DNA from: Octopus vulgaris
Taxonomy: Eukaryota
NCBI GenBank assembly: GCA_951406725.2
Contig: OX597828.1
Location: 16,430,001-16,494,000, forward strand
Length of the DNA stretch: 64,000 nt
Reading direction: 5' to 3'
Position 1 is the stretch's first letter. The number at the start of each line of letters is the position of its first letter. This document shows positions 13,767 through 27,566 of this stretch, piece by piece. The notes under the pieces are model-generated. The model did not search any database. It was not told where the DNA came from and saw only the letters and a program-made list of their open reading frames with translations. Both the position numbers and the translations under genes were made by a program.

Positions 13767-13768
<2 letters not shown>

Positions 13769-14196
13769 TCTTTACTCTTTTACTCTTTACTCTTTTACTC
13801 TTTACTCTTTTACTTGTTTCAGCCATTTGACTGCGGCCATGCTGGAGCACCACCTTTTAGTCGAGTAAATCGACCCCGGGACTTATTCTTTTGTAAGCCC
13901 AGTACTTATTCTATCGGTCTCTTTTTGCCGAACCGCTAAGTGACGGGGACGTAAACACACCAGCATCGGTTGTCAAGCAATGCTAGGGGGACAAACACAC
14001 ACACATACATAATCATACATATACATACATATATACGACAGGCTTCTTTCAGTTTCCGTCTACCAAATCCACTCACAAGTCATTGGTCGGCCCGGGGCTA
14101 TAGCAGAAGACACTTGCCCAAGATGCCACGCAGTGGGACTGAACCCGGAACCATGTGGTTGGTTAGCAAGCTACTTACCACACAGCCAATCCTGCG

Positions 14197-14198
<2 letters not shown>
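13767..14198 (-). mobile_element. SINE family A, full length
   Basis: tRNA-like head (ggcgcagga.tggctgtgtggtaag...ggttcagtccc), internal microsatellite and (AGTAAAAG)n tail. Confidence 0.92.
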
Positions 14199-14244
<46 letters not shown>

Positions 14245-14366
14245 GGCTTGTATATTTGTATGCATTTGTGTTTACGTATGCATACATTGATATCCATATC
14301 TATACACACAAACATACATCTCTCTCTCGCTCTGTGTGTGTATGTGTGTATGTATATGTATGCATA

Positions 14367-14405
<39 letters not shown>

Positions 14406-14840
14406 GATACATATGAAAATATTTCTACTCACACACATACATGTATATACCTAAGTCCTAGATATGCAAATATGTATGTGTGTGTTCACGCGTGTGTATG
14501 TGTATGTGTGTGTGAGAGAGAGAAAGAGTGATTGAGCGAGAGAGAGAGAGAAAGAGAGATAGAGTGAGAGAGAGAGTGAGTGAGTGAGTGATATGTGTAG
14601 ATAAGAGATACATCTGTGCTTCACTGTACACTTACAAACCCATCTGAAAGCGAGATATTTTTCACCGAAAGTTCTCAATAAATAATTAAAAATTAATTAA
14701 AGCTATGACAGCAATGTCTGTGGGAAGGAAATAGAGCGGTATGGAGGAATTTTTGAATATATATCATACAAAGTAGATATGAATATATTACCTTAATCCA
14801 GTATACACACAGACACACACACACAGAAACACACACACAG

Positions 14841-14888
<48 letters not shown>

Positions 14889-14959
14889 AAATCACGCATA
14901 CATGCACATATACACATACATTCACATACATGGCACATAAGTAAATAAACATAAATTAG

Positions 14960-15023
<64 letters not shown>

Positions 15024-15239
15024 TGTTTATATGTCTGTGTGTGTATGTATATCTCTCTCTATATTTATATAGATATATATATGTATGTAAGTATGTATGT
15101 ATGTATGTATGCATGTATGTATGTGTGTGTGTGTGTGTGTGCATGTATGTATGTGTGTATGTATGTATGCATGTAGGTATGTATGTATGTATGTATGTAT
15201 GTATGTATGTTTGTGTGTGTATGTATGTATGTATGTATG

Positions 15240-15273
<34 letters not shown>

Positions 15274-16157
15274 TGTATGGATACATAAAAGTTCGCATCT
15301 GCTTTCATTTGCGTCAAGTAAATATCTTTATTTATATGTATGATGCTTGCATGTACTGGGTCATCCCATAAATAATACGGATTTTTCCATTGCATGAACT
15401 AAAGTCGGAGAGGAAGGGGATAAACTACCCGCATCATCTTGCTACAAAAGCAGGTAATAATTTTACCTTGTCCTTATTCTTAGTGACATAAGGTAATTGA
15501 GTGAGGGAATGAGTGAGTGATTGAGTGAGGTGAGTGAGAAAGTATAGTGAGTGACTGAGTGAATATTTATATATATATGTGAGATGTTGATGTAAAGAGT
15601 ATGAGTACAATTCAGGAGTTAAAAATGAAATACTCCTATATAAGAAGTGCATGTTGTCGTAGTTTAACCACCTCACAGCCATAATGGAGAAGTCCTATGA
15701 TCAAAGACATTCCAAACGTGACCAATGTCTGTACGATCACATTAACTGGATGAGAATAACAGTCGTTCGACAAAAAGAAGTATAGGAGATTTTATGGACG
15801 CATTTGAAGGCATTGGCCCTAAATAAATTAGAAGTATATATATGAGATGAAAATGTTGATGACGATAATTGAAATAAAAAAGTCCCTGGGAAATGTTTAC
15901 AACATTCCTAATAATAGCCCAACAATTACTGATTTGGCCAGGTTCAAAATACAGGTCTCATAACAAGTTCAACAACCTGTGATGTCTAAACCAAACACCA
16001 ATCAACTTAAGTAATTTAGAAAAATCACACACTGATTGGTCAGAATACAGTTTGCAAGGAATAACATTCAGGAGCCTATACAAATGTATTTAAGGTACAT
16101 AGTTTAGCCATCTCACTATAGTTGTAAATTGTAAACAGCCCTGTCACCAGTACTACA

Positions 16158-16202
16158 TGAACCTGAAGATTGCATAGTTTAATGCATGAAAGTACTAGTT
16201 CA
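16158..16202 (+). ncRNA. Intact minimal type I hammerhead ribozyme
   Basis: tgaac-CTGAAGA-t-tgcat-agttta-atgca-t-GAAA-gta-CTA-gttca: 5-bp stem I, 5-bp stem II, palindromic AGTACT stem III, CUA site. Confidence 0.8.
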
Positions 16203-16360
16203 ATCAGAATGGATATTTAATATTCTATCATTTCATTATATTATATTATCTTATATTATACTATTATAAGACCGTAAATAAAACGTGGAAATCAGACAAA
16301 GTTGCAATTTTGTTGAGTAATATATTCTTCTACACACAGTCATGCACACCCGTGGGTGTG

Positions 16361-16405
<45 letters not shown>

Positions 16406-16496
16406 TTTATATATATATATATGGATAGATAGATAGATAGATAGATAGATAGACAGACAGATATATATACAGACATATATATATATATATATATAT

Positions 16497-16559
<63 letters not shown>

Positions 16560-17427
16560 TAGAAGGTGCAGTAAAGAAACTGCCATCTAAATTGCACAAA
16601 ATTGAAAATAACACTGACATTTCATTTTAACAGATATATTTACCAAAATTACAGAAGAATTTCTTGAAATACTAAACAGTAAATTTATTTAATAAAATCA
16701 CCATTGGCTTCAACCACGGCCTCCAGACGACTTCGGAATCTTCTGCAACTCTTCTCGACGGTCTCCTTGTTTAAGTTGGTGAATGCTGCCATAATCCTTG
16801 CCTTCAGTTCACCTTTGGTGTTACAAGGAGTTTAGTGGGTCTCCGGCTCAACTGCGTCTCACGCATAATAGTCAAGGGTGTTGCAGTCTTAGAATTTAGG
16901 TGGTTAAATGTTAGGAGTGATGTGGTTGCAGAAATTGTCTGACAACTATGACTGGGTTCTCCTGCTTATGTGGCATGGTGCAGAGTCCCGTTGACAGACA
17001 TAGGGGCTTCCAGCAGCCGCCTTCTTCACCCAGGGCAGCACTACCTGCCCCAGGCACTTGATGTAGGCCTCCATGTTGAGTGCGAGGCCGTGTGGGAAGA
17101 TGAATGGAGGCATAACGTCGACGTCACTCGTGATCACTCCAAACACCATGATGCTGAGTGGATGACTGATGTTTATCATTTTAGGTACATGCACTGTCCT
17201 CAGATTGACACTCAAACACTTTGAAATATTGGTATTGGACCTTTCGGTGCGACTGCCAAGCAGTACAGCATGTCATTTCCAAATTTCTGGCTGTGTGAAT
17301 TGCGTTACGGTTGTGTTTCTCTCACAGGCGGTGCCCAACCGACCCTACTATACTGTGTAGTCGACAAAATCAGAAACAAAGAATGCAGAAGGACGAAATT
17401 AAAAATGTAAAATGGCGATAATATCCC

Positions 17428-17432
<5 letters not shown>
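16560..17432 (-). mobile_element. Defective Tc1/mariner-superfamily (maT/DD37D-like) transposon
   Basis: Minus strand encodes IMVFGVITSD..VMPPFIFPHGL..YIKCL..VVLPWV...QRDSAPCH.SRRTQS. Flanked by TA microsatellites; paralog of 23785-24660. Confidence 0.85.
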
Positions 17433-17472
<40 letters not shown>

Positions 17473-17779
17473 GTACATACATACGTACATACATACATAC
17501 ATACATAATACATACATACATATATACATACATACATACATACACGCAGACACTAGCACAAACACACATATTTGTATATTCTATGTATTACATAGATGTA
17601 AAGATACAAATTGTAGAGTGAATTGCAGATATTTGACACCTATTTCTAGCATTGGCGCTGGTCATTCCCAGTAGCCCTTAACTGTAATTATATCGCTATA
17701 ATTATATACGTGAAAGCATTAATATTGCCTGTACGGCAATTTCTAAATGCTAGGCCAAACTAATAATTATATCCTTATC

Positions 17780-17842
<63 letters not shown>

Positions 17843-18025
17843 CACATATATATATATGTATACATATATATATACATACATACATATATATATATGTGTG
17901 TGTGTGTATGTATATATATGCAAAACTGGTCGATAACTGATGAAAGATTATGGACTTTCTGTTTGTCACACGTTTGTTTTTACATTTAGTAGTATACGTT
18001 ATGTCATTTGGTTATATATTTTTAC

Positions 18026-18075
<50 letters not shown>

Positions 18076-18135
18076 ATGGTGCCCCAGCATGGACACAACT
18101 CTTGAGCTGAAGCTAGATAAAATTAAAAAAAAAAT

Positions 18136-18197
<62 letters not shown>

Positions 18198-18235
18198 TAA
18201 ACATATATATATAAATATATACATATATATATATA

Positions 18236-18643
18236 GGCGCAGGAGTGGCTGTGTGGTAAGTAGCTTGCTAACCAACCACATGGACCGTGATCAGTCCCAC
18301 TGCGTGGCACCTTGGGCAAGTGTCTTCTACTATAGCCCCGGGCCGACCAATGCCTTGTGAGTGGATTTGGTAGACGGAAATTGAAAGAAGCCCGTCGTAT
18401 ATATGTATATATTTATGTGTGTGCGTGTATGTTTGTGCGTCTGTGTTTGTCCCCCTAGCATTGCTTGACAACCGATGCTGGTGTGTTTATATCCCCGTTA
18501 CTTAGCGGTTCGGCAAAAAGAGACCGATAGAATAAGTACTGGGCTTACAAAAGAATAAGTCCCGGGGTCGAGATGCTCGATTAAAGGCGGTGCTCCAGCA
18601 TGGCCGCAGTCAAATGACTGAAACAAGTAAAAGAGTAAAAGAG
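18236..18643 (+). mobile_element. SINE family A, full length
   Basis: Head-to-tail match to 35771-36182. Confidence 0.92.
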
Positions 18644-18777
18644 TATATATATATATATATATATATATTACGGAGATGTACTCGCATAGCAAGTGATTTG
18701 ATCTGAGATCGTGTGCTGGAAGCCATTTAAGAAACACACAAAAGCCGTTCGATTCACTTCAACATTTAAGTTTAGTT

Positions 18778-18823
18778 TGTCAAAATATTTTCGTCGCTAA
18801 AATCCGCGACCTCTTCACTGACA
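18778..18823 (-). ncRNA. Hammerhead-like motif with variant core (GUGAAGA)
   Basis: Minus strand: tgtca-GTGAAGA-g-gtcgc-ggatttta-gcgac-GAA-aatatt-t-tgaca. Stems I and II are perfect and stem III is palindromic. Confidence 0.55.
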
Positions 18824-18889
18824 AAAATCCGTGCTGCATTTATATATATATAAATACATATATATCAATATATATATATATATATATAC

Positions 18890-18941
<52 letters not shown>

Positions 18942-19001
18942 TTTTTTTTTTTATTTTATCTAGTTTCAGCTCACGAGCTGTGGCCATGCTGGGGCACCAC
19001 C

Positions 19002-19036
<35 letters not shown>

Positions 19037-19872
19037 AATGTAAAAATACATACACAGAAACTCGTATATACACATGCACGTACAGAAGTGCGCCTGAATG
19101 CGAGAGAGAGAGCCACTGGGTAGGGAGAGAAGGATAGAGGTTCAGAAAGAGAGAGAGAGAGAAAGTGAAACTGAAACAGAGTGACTGACAGACAGCAAGG
19201 CAGACCCAGGAGAAATAAAGAAAAAAAGAACGGAAAGAAGATGATAAAAACACAGAAAAAAAAAACGAGGAACCAGAAAAGAATGAGATAAAAGACAATA
19301 TGACTTGTTTGATTGGTAATGAGATTGTGAAAGCAGTTGGGTAACTTAACAGAAGGCATAGCCCGACAGACTGACAGACCAGCAGACTTTCTAATTAAAT
19401 GATACTTAGCTATAAGAAAGAACATTAAGGAGTAGTTTTAATGCAAGACAAGAAGATTACAGACGGGATCTCGACTGTGTTTTGTATTACATTTTTTTAT
19501 ATTTATTCCATTCTCTCGTCTTGATTTTAAGAAGAAGGAGTCAGCAGCCGTCTGGTTGCTTTCTCTTCTTGTTCCTTTCCACCCCGGTTGTACAGGGAGT
19601 AGTGTTGCGAATGTGTTAGAAGGAGGTGCTAACGAATTAGCACTGTCTGACTTGGAAGATAGGAAGACCCGCCGAATAATAAAGAAAACGAACGAGGAAA
19701 TTAATCATCGTTGTTGGTGTCTTGGTTACGCCTAGGTCAACCTTGATGAAGTTGACCTCGGATCAGAGACTTTCCAGCTGTGACCATCCCGTTTTTCTTT
19801 TTTTTTCTTTCTTGTACCATCTTCCTTTGAGATAGCGTATCGAGGACGTGGACGAGGTTATCAAATACGCCT

Positions 19873-20235
19873 CAAGAAAGAAAGAAAAAAGAAAGAAAGA
19901 AAGAAAGAAAGAAAAAAGAAAGAAAGAAAGAAAGAAAGAAAAAAGAAAGAAAGAAAGAAAGAAAGAAAAAAGAAAGAAAGAAAGAAAGACAGAAAGAAAG
20001 GGGCGGGTATGGTCGTGTGGTTAAGAAACTCGCTTTGGAACCTCACGGTTTCGGGTTCAGTCCTACTGCATGGCACCTTGAGCAGATGTCTTCTGCTATA
20101 ACTGGGCTGACAATTGCCATGTCAGTTGGAAAGTGTCTGGGAACCCGTCGTATAATATATATATATATATAGTACGTATATATAAAGTCTAGTACGTATT
20201 CTATCGGTCTATTTTGCACAACTGCTAAGTTACGG
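19873..20235 (+). mobile_element. (GAAA)n tract followed by a diverged SINE family A head and an inverted 3' fragment
   Basis: ggcgggtatggtcgtgtggttaag..ggttcagtcct..ggcaccttgagca. Confidence 0.7.
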
Positions 20236-20239
20236 ACAC

Positions 20240-20292
<53 letters not shown>

Positions 20293-21289
20293 CAAACACA
20301 CACACACACACACACATATATACAACCACACAAATGTGTCTCTGCGTTTGTATGTTTATTAATTATTACTGTTTTCTCTTATGTTCAGTTATAGCAAAAT
20401 CAAACTTACATTAATCTGATGGGTTAATCTACACTTATCCCAAGAATATATTTATTATTATTAAACAATAAGACTTTTGAGAGTGACTTTGAAGTTTCGG
20501 CCTGCTAAACCATCGCTCATCTTTCCCTGCGTCATGTTGGACGCAGAGTAAGACAAACAGGTGTGCAAGACGTTCTAAAAAATTTCGACAACCCCACTAT
20601 GAAGATGGCATTTCACTGCATGGACCCATGAAAGGCGGGGTGGGGACATCATTGATTGGATTTGAACTCAGAGCAGGGGTTGCCTGAACAATTTCCTTAA
20701 AGTATCTTAACCAATTTTTTAGTTTTATTACCAGTTAGACAACCATATTGGTTTCAAATTTTGGCAGAAAGGGACGACCCCAGTGCTTAACTGGTACTTA
20801 TTTTATCGACTCTGTTGGATGAAAGGCAAAATCGACTACGGGGGAATTGGAACTCAGAACGTTAAGACGGACGAAATGCCGCTGAGCAATTTTTCCGGCT
20901 GGCTAACAATTCTACCGGCTCGCTGTCTTACTGTACTGGGATCTTTACCTTTTGTAACTAATTTTGTGACTAATTTTTTGTAACTAAACACTTTCTAACT
21001 TTGTATACTTGTAGAATGTGTCACATAAAACATCTTTTACTCTTGGCGTTGTTGAAAAAATTCTGTACTTTGGGAGTTATTTCTTGTTAAAGTTGTCGTA
21101 TTTCGGTAATTTCAACCAATCAATGACGTGTATTCAGCTGAATAAATTACTGCCGTTGTTTGTTCCAAAAAATAGAAAGAAAAGAAAAGAAAAATCCACG
21201 TTTAAGTGGGGGTAAATATAACCTCTCGGGGTTAATACATCTTCCACCGCTAATAAGTATTTTTTAAAAATTAGTAGAGTCGATCTGTT

Positions 21290-21815
21290 TACCATAAATC
21301 CTCGAGTATAGTCCGCCCTTGAGTATAATACGCAGGGGATTTTTAGGGGGCTGTACCTCTGAAAAACCTAAACCTTGTGTATAATACGCACTCCTTCTCT
21401 AACTTGAGTCGTGCGTAATTACGCCAGCAGCACTTAGTCGAACAAACACTTCCGCGCATGCGTAATACAATAATGGTAATGTTCTTAACTGTTATATGGG
21501 AATGTAAATGTGTTTGCAAACTGTTTTTGTTACATGTTATTCGGTGTTCTGAATACTTTTATTTTAATAAATGTTGCTTACTGCAAGTTATGGATGATTC
21601 TTTTATGACTTCATGGCTTTCAGGCTTAGCTTAAGGTATTTTCGCACCCGACATCACAAAATGTGTCTGAATAAACACTGCCGGACAACAAATAGAGACT
21701 CGGACATTGCTTAGAATATATTTTTCATTTTTAACCTAGTATATAGTACGCACTAGGGATTTTGACCTTTAAAGTTTGGGGAAAAAATGCGGATTATACT
21801 CGAGAATTTACGGTA
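21290..21815. mobile_element. Non-autonomous TIR element (pogo/Tigger-like MITE) with TA TSD, nested in a SINE A tail
   Basis: TA-ccataaatcctcgagtatagtccgc ... gcggattatactcgagaatttacgg-TA. The SINE tail resumes after it (actaaa..ggcggtgctccaacatggcc). Confidence 0.85.
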
Positions 21816-22276
21816 ACTAAAATTCTTCGAGGCGGTGCTCCAACATGGCCACAATCTAATCTAACGACTAAATCCAGTAAAAGAAAATAGACAATGGTGT
21901 TGAAATTTCCTGCTCACCCCTCCCCCACTTCTTGCAAAAATTAGATTGAAATATAATCTGACAAAGGAACCTCTAAGCAATCATTTGATCTACTAAATAG
22001 GGTGATAGCGGTGGCGGCGGCAGCGGTGACGCAGTGGTGGTGGTATCGGTGGAGTGGAAGGTGGGGGTGGGGTCGGGGTCAAAACAAATATCCCCGCCGT
22101 CGTTCAAAATGAATGGAAGGACGCACCGGATACATTGTTTGAAAATAAAAGCACAATATGGTCACAGCTGGAACGCCTTTGATCGTAAGATCTACTTGTT
22201 CGGAGTTCACCTCAGGCTAAATACGCTCTCTCATACATAGATGCTTCTCTATCTTTCTCTCCACACACACACACGT

Positions 22277-22392
<116 letters not shown>

Positions 22393-22936
22393 TACTACAA
22401 CAAACAAGAATATTAGAACAACGACCACCACTACGGCAACGACAATGATGACAATATACTCAGACAAGCTCCCGAGGGTGCCTCTGTGGTCCTTCGGCCT
22501 GCTAGAAATGACAACTTAATGCTCTTTAATTCACACCTTATCACGTTTAAGAAAGGACACGCAGACCATGGTATACAAAAATAAATAAGTGTATGTACCG
22601 CGTATGTACTAGCCAAAATGCGTGTGTGCAACAAACTAGAAAAAAATTGTCTTACCTCTAGGGAGAACATCTGAAAGATGAAATACCTGGAAAAGGATAG
22701 ATCTGCGCAGGTTTCAGATTTTTCAAGATATGTCTGCCACCCATAAACTTGATCTATCTTCATCAGCCAAACATATACCACGACAACCTTTCAGATGTTA
22801 CCACATTAATGCCATTGCACACGACTGAAACGCTGAAACGCTAACAGCACGAGAACGGTGAAGAAGTTTCAATAAATTAGTAATGCAATACTAGAGTATT
22901 GCTTTCCAGTAAAGAATAGCCCGTGAGGGATTACTA

Positions 22937-23078
<142 letters not shown>

Positions 23079-23306
23079 ATATATATATATGTATATATAT
23101 ATAAGTTCAGCAAAAATTTAGATTCGAATGAATATGGTACTTAATTTAGATGCACCAGAATTTTGTATGGTGTTATCCATAAAAATTTGCGGGGTGATTA
23201 TAATCAAAATAAGCTACAAGAATGACTCCAGTAATTTGGTATAATGTAGTGCGAAACAATTCTACCAAATTACCGGAGTCATTCTTGTTGCTTATTTTGA
23301 TTATAT

Positions 23307-23381
<75 letters not shown>

Positions 23382-23784
23382 AATAAAACGTGGAAAAAGA
23401 CGTATATATTTAAACACGTCTTCTACATTTCATATATATATGGTTTTGGTGCGAATGGTTTTGCATACGGCGCTGGGTTTCACAACCTTGTAAATAATAA
23501 TAATGGTTTTTATATAAGTCTACAACTTATAGCGATCACCGTGCAATAACTAAAAAAAAATAGTCTAATAATGGGGCATATACGTCCTCGGCAGGAAAAA
23601 GTAGGCTTTCCTATCGGTGTGGGACTCGAACCCGCAACTGTGTTACGATCACACCAGCGAATTTATATATATATGTATATGTACACATGTATACACACAC
23701 ACATATTTATATATAATATATATGCATATGAATATATGTATATGTCTAATCTATCTATCTATCTATCTATCTATTTATCTATAT

Positions 23785-24657
23785 AGGTTGTGGTGAATAT
23801 ATTATCGTCTAAATTACGCTAAAACGAAAATAACACTGTCATGTATAAAAAGATGTATTTATAAAATTACATAAAAATATTTTGAAATATTAAAGAGTAA
23901 ATATATTCAATAAAATCACCATTGGCTTCAACCACGCCCCCTAGACGACTTCGTAATCTTCAGAAGATCTGGACGGTCTCCTTGTTTAAGTTGGTGAATG
24001 CTGCCATAATCCTTGCCTTCAGTTCATCTTCAGTGTTACAAACAGTTTTGTTGGTCCCTCTGCTCAACTGCGCCGCACGCGTAATAACCAAGGGGGTTGC
24101 AGTCTGGGGAGTCAGGTGGCCAGATGTTAGGGGTGATGTGGTCGTAGAAATTGTCTGACAGCCATGACTGGGTTCTCCTGCTTATGTGGCATGGTGCAGA
24201 ATCCTGTTGTCAGACACAGGGTCTTCCAGCAGCCAGTCTCTTCACCCAGGTCAGCACTACCCACTCCAAGCACTTGATGTAGGCCTCCGTACTAGAGTCT
24301 GAGGCCGTGCGGGAAGATGAATGGAGGCATAACCGCGCTATCACTAGTGATCACTCCAAACACCATGTTGTTGACTGCATGTTTGGTTTTTAACACCCTC
24401 GGTATATGCACTGTCCTCAGATTGACACTCAAACTCTCTGAAATGTTCGTATTGGAGCTTCCGGTGCGAATGCCAAACAGTACAGCCTGTCGTTTCCAAA
24501 TTTCAGGGTGAGTGAATTGCGACATAGTGCTGTTTTTTTTTCACTTCTGACAGACGGTGTCTAACTGCCCCTACTATACTATGTAGTCGACAAAATAAAT
24601 ACAATCTACATGCGCAAAATAAAAAATATAAAATGGTGACATATAAAATTTCGCATC

Positions 24658-24660
<3 letters not shown>
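23785..24660 (-). mobile_element. Defective maT/DD37D-like transposon, second copy
   Basis: Minus strand encodes MVFGVITSD..VMPPFIFPHGLRL and downstream QQDSAPCH..WPPDSPDCNPL-like motifs; homologous to 16560-17432. Confidence 0.85.
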
Positions 24661-24744
<84 letters not shown>

Positions 24745-24788
24745 CATATATATGTATATATATATATATACATACATACATACATACA

Positions 24789-24824
<36 letters not shown>

Positions 24825-25022
24825 TATATATGAACGTGCATGAATACGAAATATCTCACGTTTTAAGAACTTAAGCTGAAATTGAGAAAGACTTGTCTGC
24901 TAGAACTACCAGGTTCAACAACCACATACATTCTACTTCTGTATTTTGTGCGTATGTATGTACATATACATACATGCATACATACATACATACATACATA
25001 CATACATACATACATACATACA

Positions 25023-25115
<93 letters not shown>

Positions 25116-25734
25116 GCATGCATAAATTCATACATATAAACATACGTATATGTATCTGGTGACGAGTTCATGTATGCGTGTGTCCGTGTATTGCTAACAA
25201 GAACAAGTACAACAGCAAGAACAACAGCCCCAATATCATACAATGTCAGCCTAGGAACAAGTTTCATAATGGAAGTATTTCTTTAACAGAAGAAAAGACT
25301 ACAGTCGATACGTTTCAAAACACAAGATACACCACTGCGCAAGTGCAAAGATACAAACAAACAGATTTGTAGATAAAACAGACTTTATATATATTGTTAG
25401 TAATTTTAGAACAGTAAACCCATTGAAAGAGTTTATATATACAGCAAAGGTTTGACACCTTTATTTATATTTCTATCTCCTCCCCTTCTCCATCACACTC
25501 TAAATACAATCTCACATTATCCCTTCAATTTATCCTACACTACAAAAGTATTTATACATTTATATTCTCAGCGCGTTTATCGCGTATGTGGTTATAAAGC
25601 AGTGAGCTGGCCGAATCGTTTGCGACTAGGAGACGATTCGTTCCGTCTCCCTGTGTTCAAATCCTCGCTATATCATCTCCGTCTTTCTTTGTTTGATGCT
25701 TTACATTTTTAAAAATGACGGCATATTATTTTCC

Positions 25735-26010
25735 TCTTCTTCTTCTTCTTCTTCTTCTTCTTCTTCTTCTTCTTCTTCTTCTGCTCCTGCTCCTACTTCT
25801 TCTTTTCTTCTTCTTCTTCTTCTTCCCCTTCTTCTTCTTCCCCTTCTTCTTCTTCTTCTTCTTCTTCTTCTTCTTCTTCTTCTTCTTCTTCTTCTTCTTC
25901 TTCTTCTTCTTCTTCTTCTTCTTCTCCTTCTTCTTCTCCTCCTCCTCCTCCTTCTTCTCGCTTCTCTTTCTTCTTCTTCTTCTTCTTCTTCTCGCTTCTT
26001 TTTCTTCCTC
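25735..26010. repeat. (TTC)n tract
   Basis: Directly visible. Confidence 0.95.
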
Positions 26011-26444
26011 CACCTGCTTCTAGAATAACGTATATCTACACTATGCAAATATCATGTCCTTTCGGAGATCTTTCGATATAGGTACATGAAATGGCCCACT
26101 AAAACGTGAAAATAAATGAATGAAAATTAAACGACAATCGATAACAATCAATCAGCATAAATCAATAATAAAGAAAACACTTCCTTGATGTGTGTCCGTA
26201 AATACCCAAACAATTTATTTGCAAAATATTCTTCGTTAAAATCTACGAAGTGAATTAAGACTAATGCTGACAATAAGTAATGTGTCACGTTTAACAATAA
26301 TAACAATTAATATTATTAATTACTTCATGTAATCCTTTAATTTCCTTCTAAAAGAGCACCTTACTATCTTCAAATTAACGGGAAGTGTGAAATTAAGTGG
26401 AAATAATAATAATAATGATAGTAGTAGTAATAATAATAATAATG

Positions 26445-26514
<70 letters not shown>

Positions 26515-26641
26515 TGATGATTTCATTTATTTGCCACAAGGGTGAAGGATGAGGGGGGCAATAAGAAGTCAGACATAAAGTGTGGGGGTTTAAATATAAT
26601 GAAATGATAAAAAGTGAAAAAAACGTAATAATAATAATAAT

Positions 26642-26679
<38 letters not shown>

Positions 26680-26702
26680 TAATATTAATAAAAATAATAA
26701 TA

Positions 26703-27050
26703 ATCCTTTCTATTATAGGCACAAGGGCCCGAAATTTGCGAGGAGATGAGTAAGTCGATTACATCGACTCCAATGCGTAACTGGTACCTATTTAATCGAC
26801 CCCAAAAGGATGAAAGGCAAAGTTGACTTCGACGGAATTTGAACTCAGAACGTAGTGGTATCTTTGTGTCTATATTTGTCACCCCACCGTTTCACAACCA
26901 GTGTCGCTTTGTTTACGTTCCCGTAACTCATTGGTTTACCAACAGTCAACGATAGAACTTCAGAAAGAAAACAAGTATTAGAGTAATTTGCTCAGCTAAA
27001 TTTTTTCAGGACAGAGCCCCAACATGGCCGCAGTTCATGAGAAAAGATAA
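26703..27050. mobile_element. SINE B (minus) abutting a diverged SINE A 3' part (plus)
   Basis: Family motifs gtcgattacatcgac..ggatgaaaggcaaag and aacatggccgcagt. Confidence 0.7.
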
Positions 27051-27491
27051 GAGACGGCAATAAATTTCTTTCAATTAATTATATTACAGAAATCACTGAA
27101 ATTTTTCTCGCTTTCACTTTTTAGTCTGCCATTTTATGTACCTACTTCGAAAGACTGCTGAACTTTCAATTTCTTTCAGATATCACTGAAAATCGTAATT
27201 TGAGTTAATTTTAGCGTTATTTCTCGCAAAACCAAGCGTTTCAAATGAAGGGTTCCCTCTTTGCCTTTGTCATACTATTTATTTATTTATATATTCATGC
27301 ATTACGGTGCTAATTACTACCCGTTAATCCCCATAAACAGGAATGGTAGATTTATCGCAGATAATGATATATTACCCTTAAGAATATCTGATTGAGTCGT
27401 CAGTTTAATTATTTATATATAGATATATTCATTCCTTCGTCTATTTATTTATTCCCAAGTTGATTTCCTTTCAATTTCTCTGATTCTTTGC

Positions 27492-27566
<75 letters not shown>

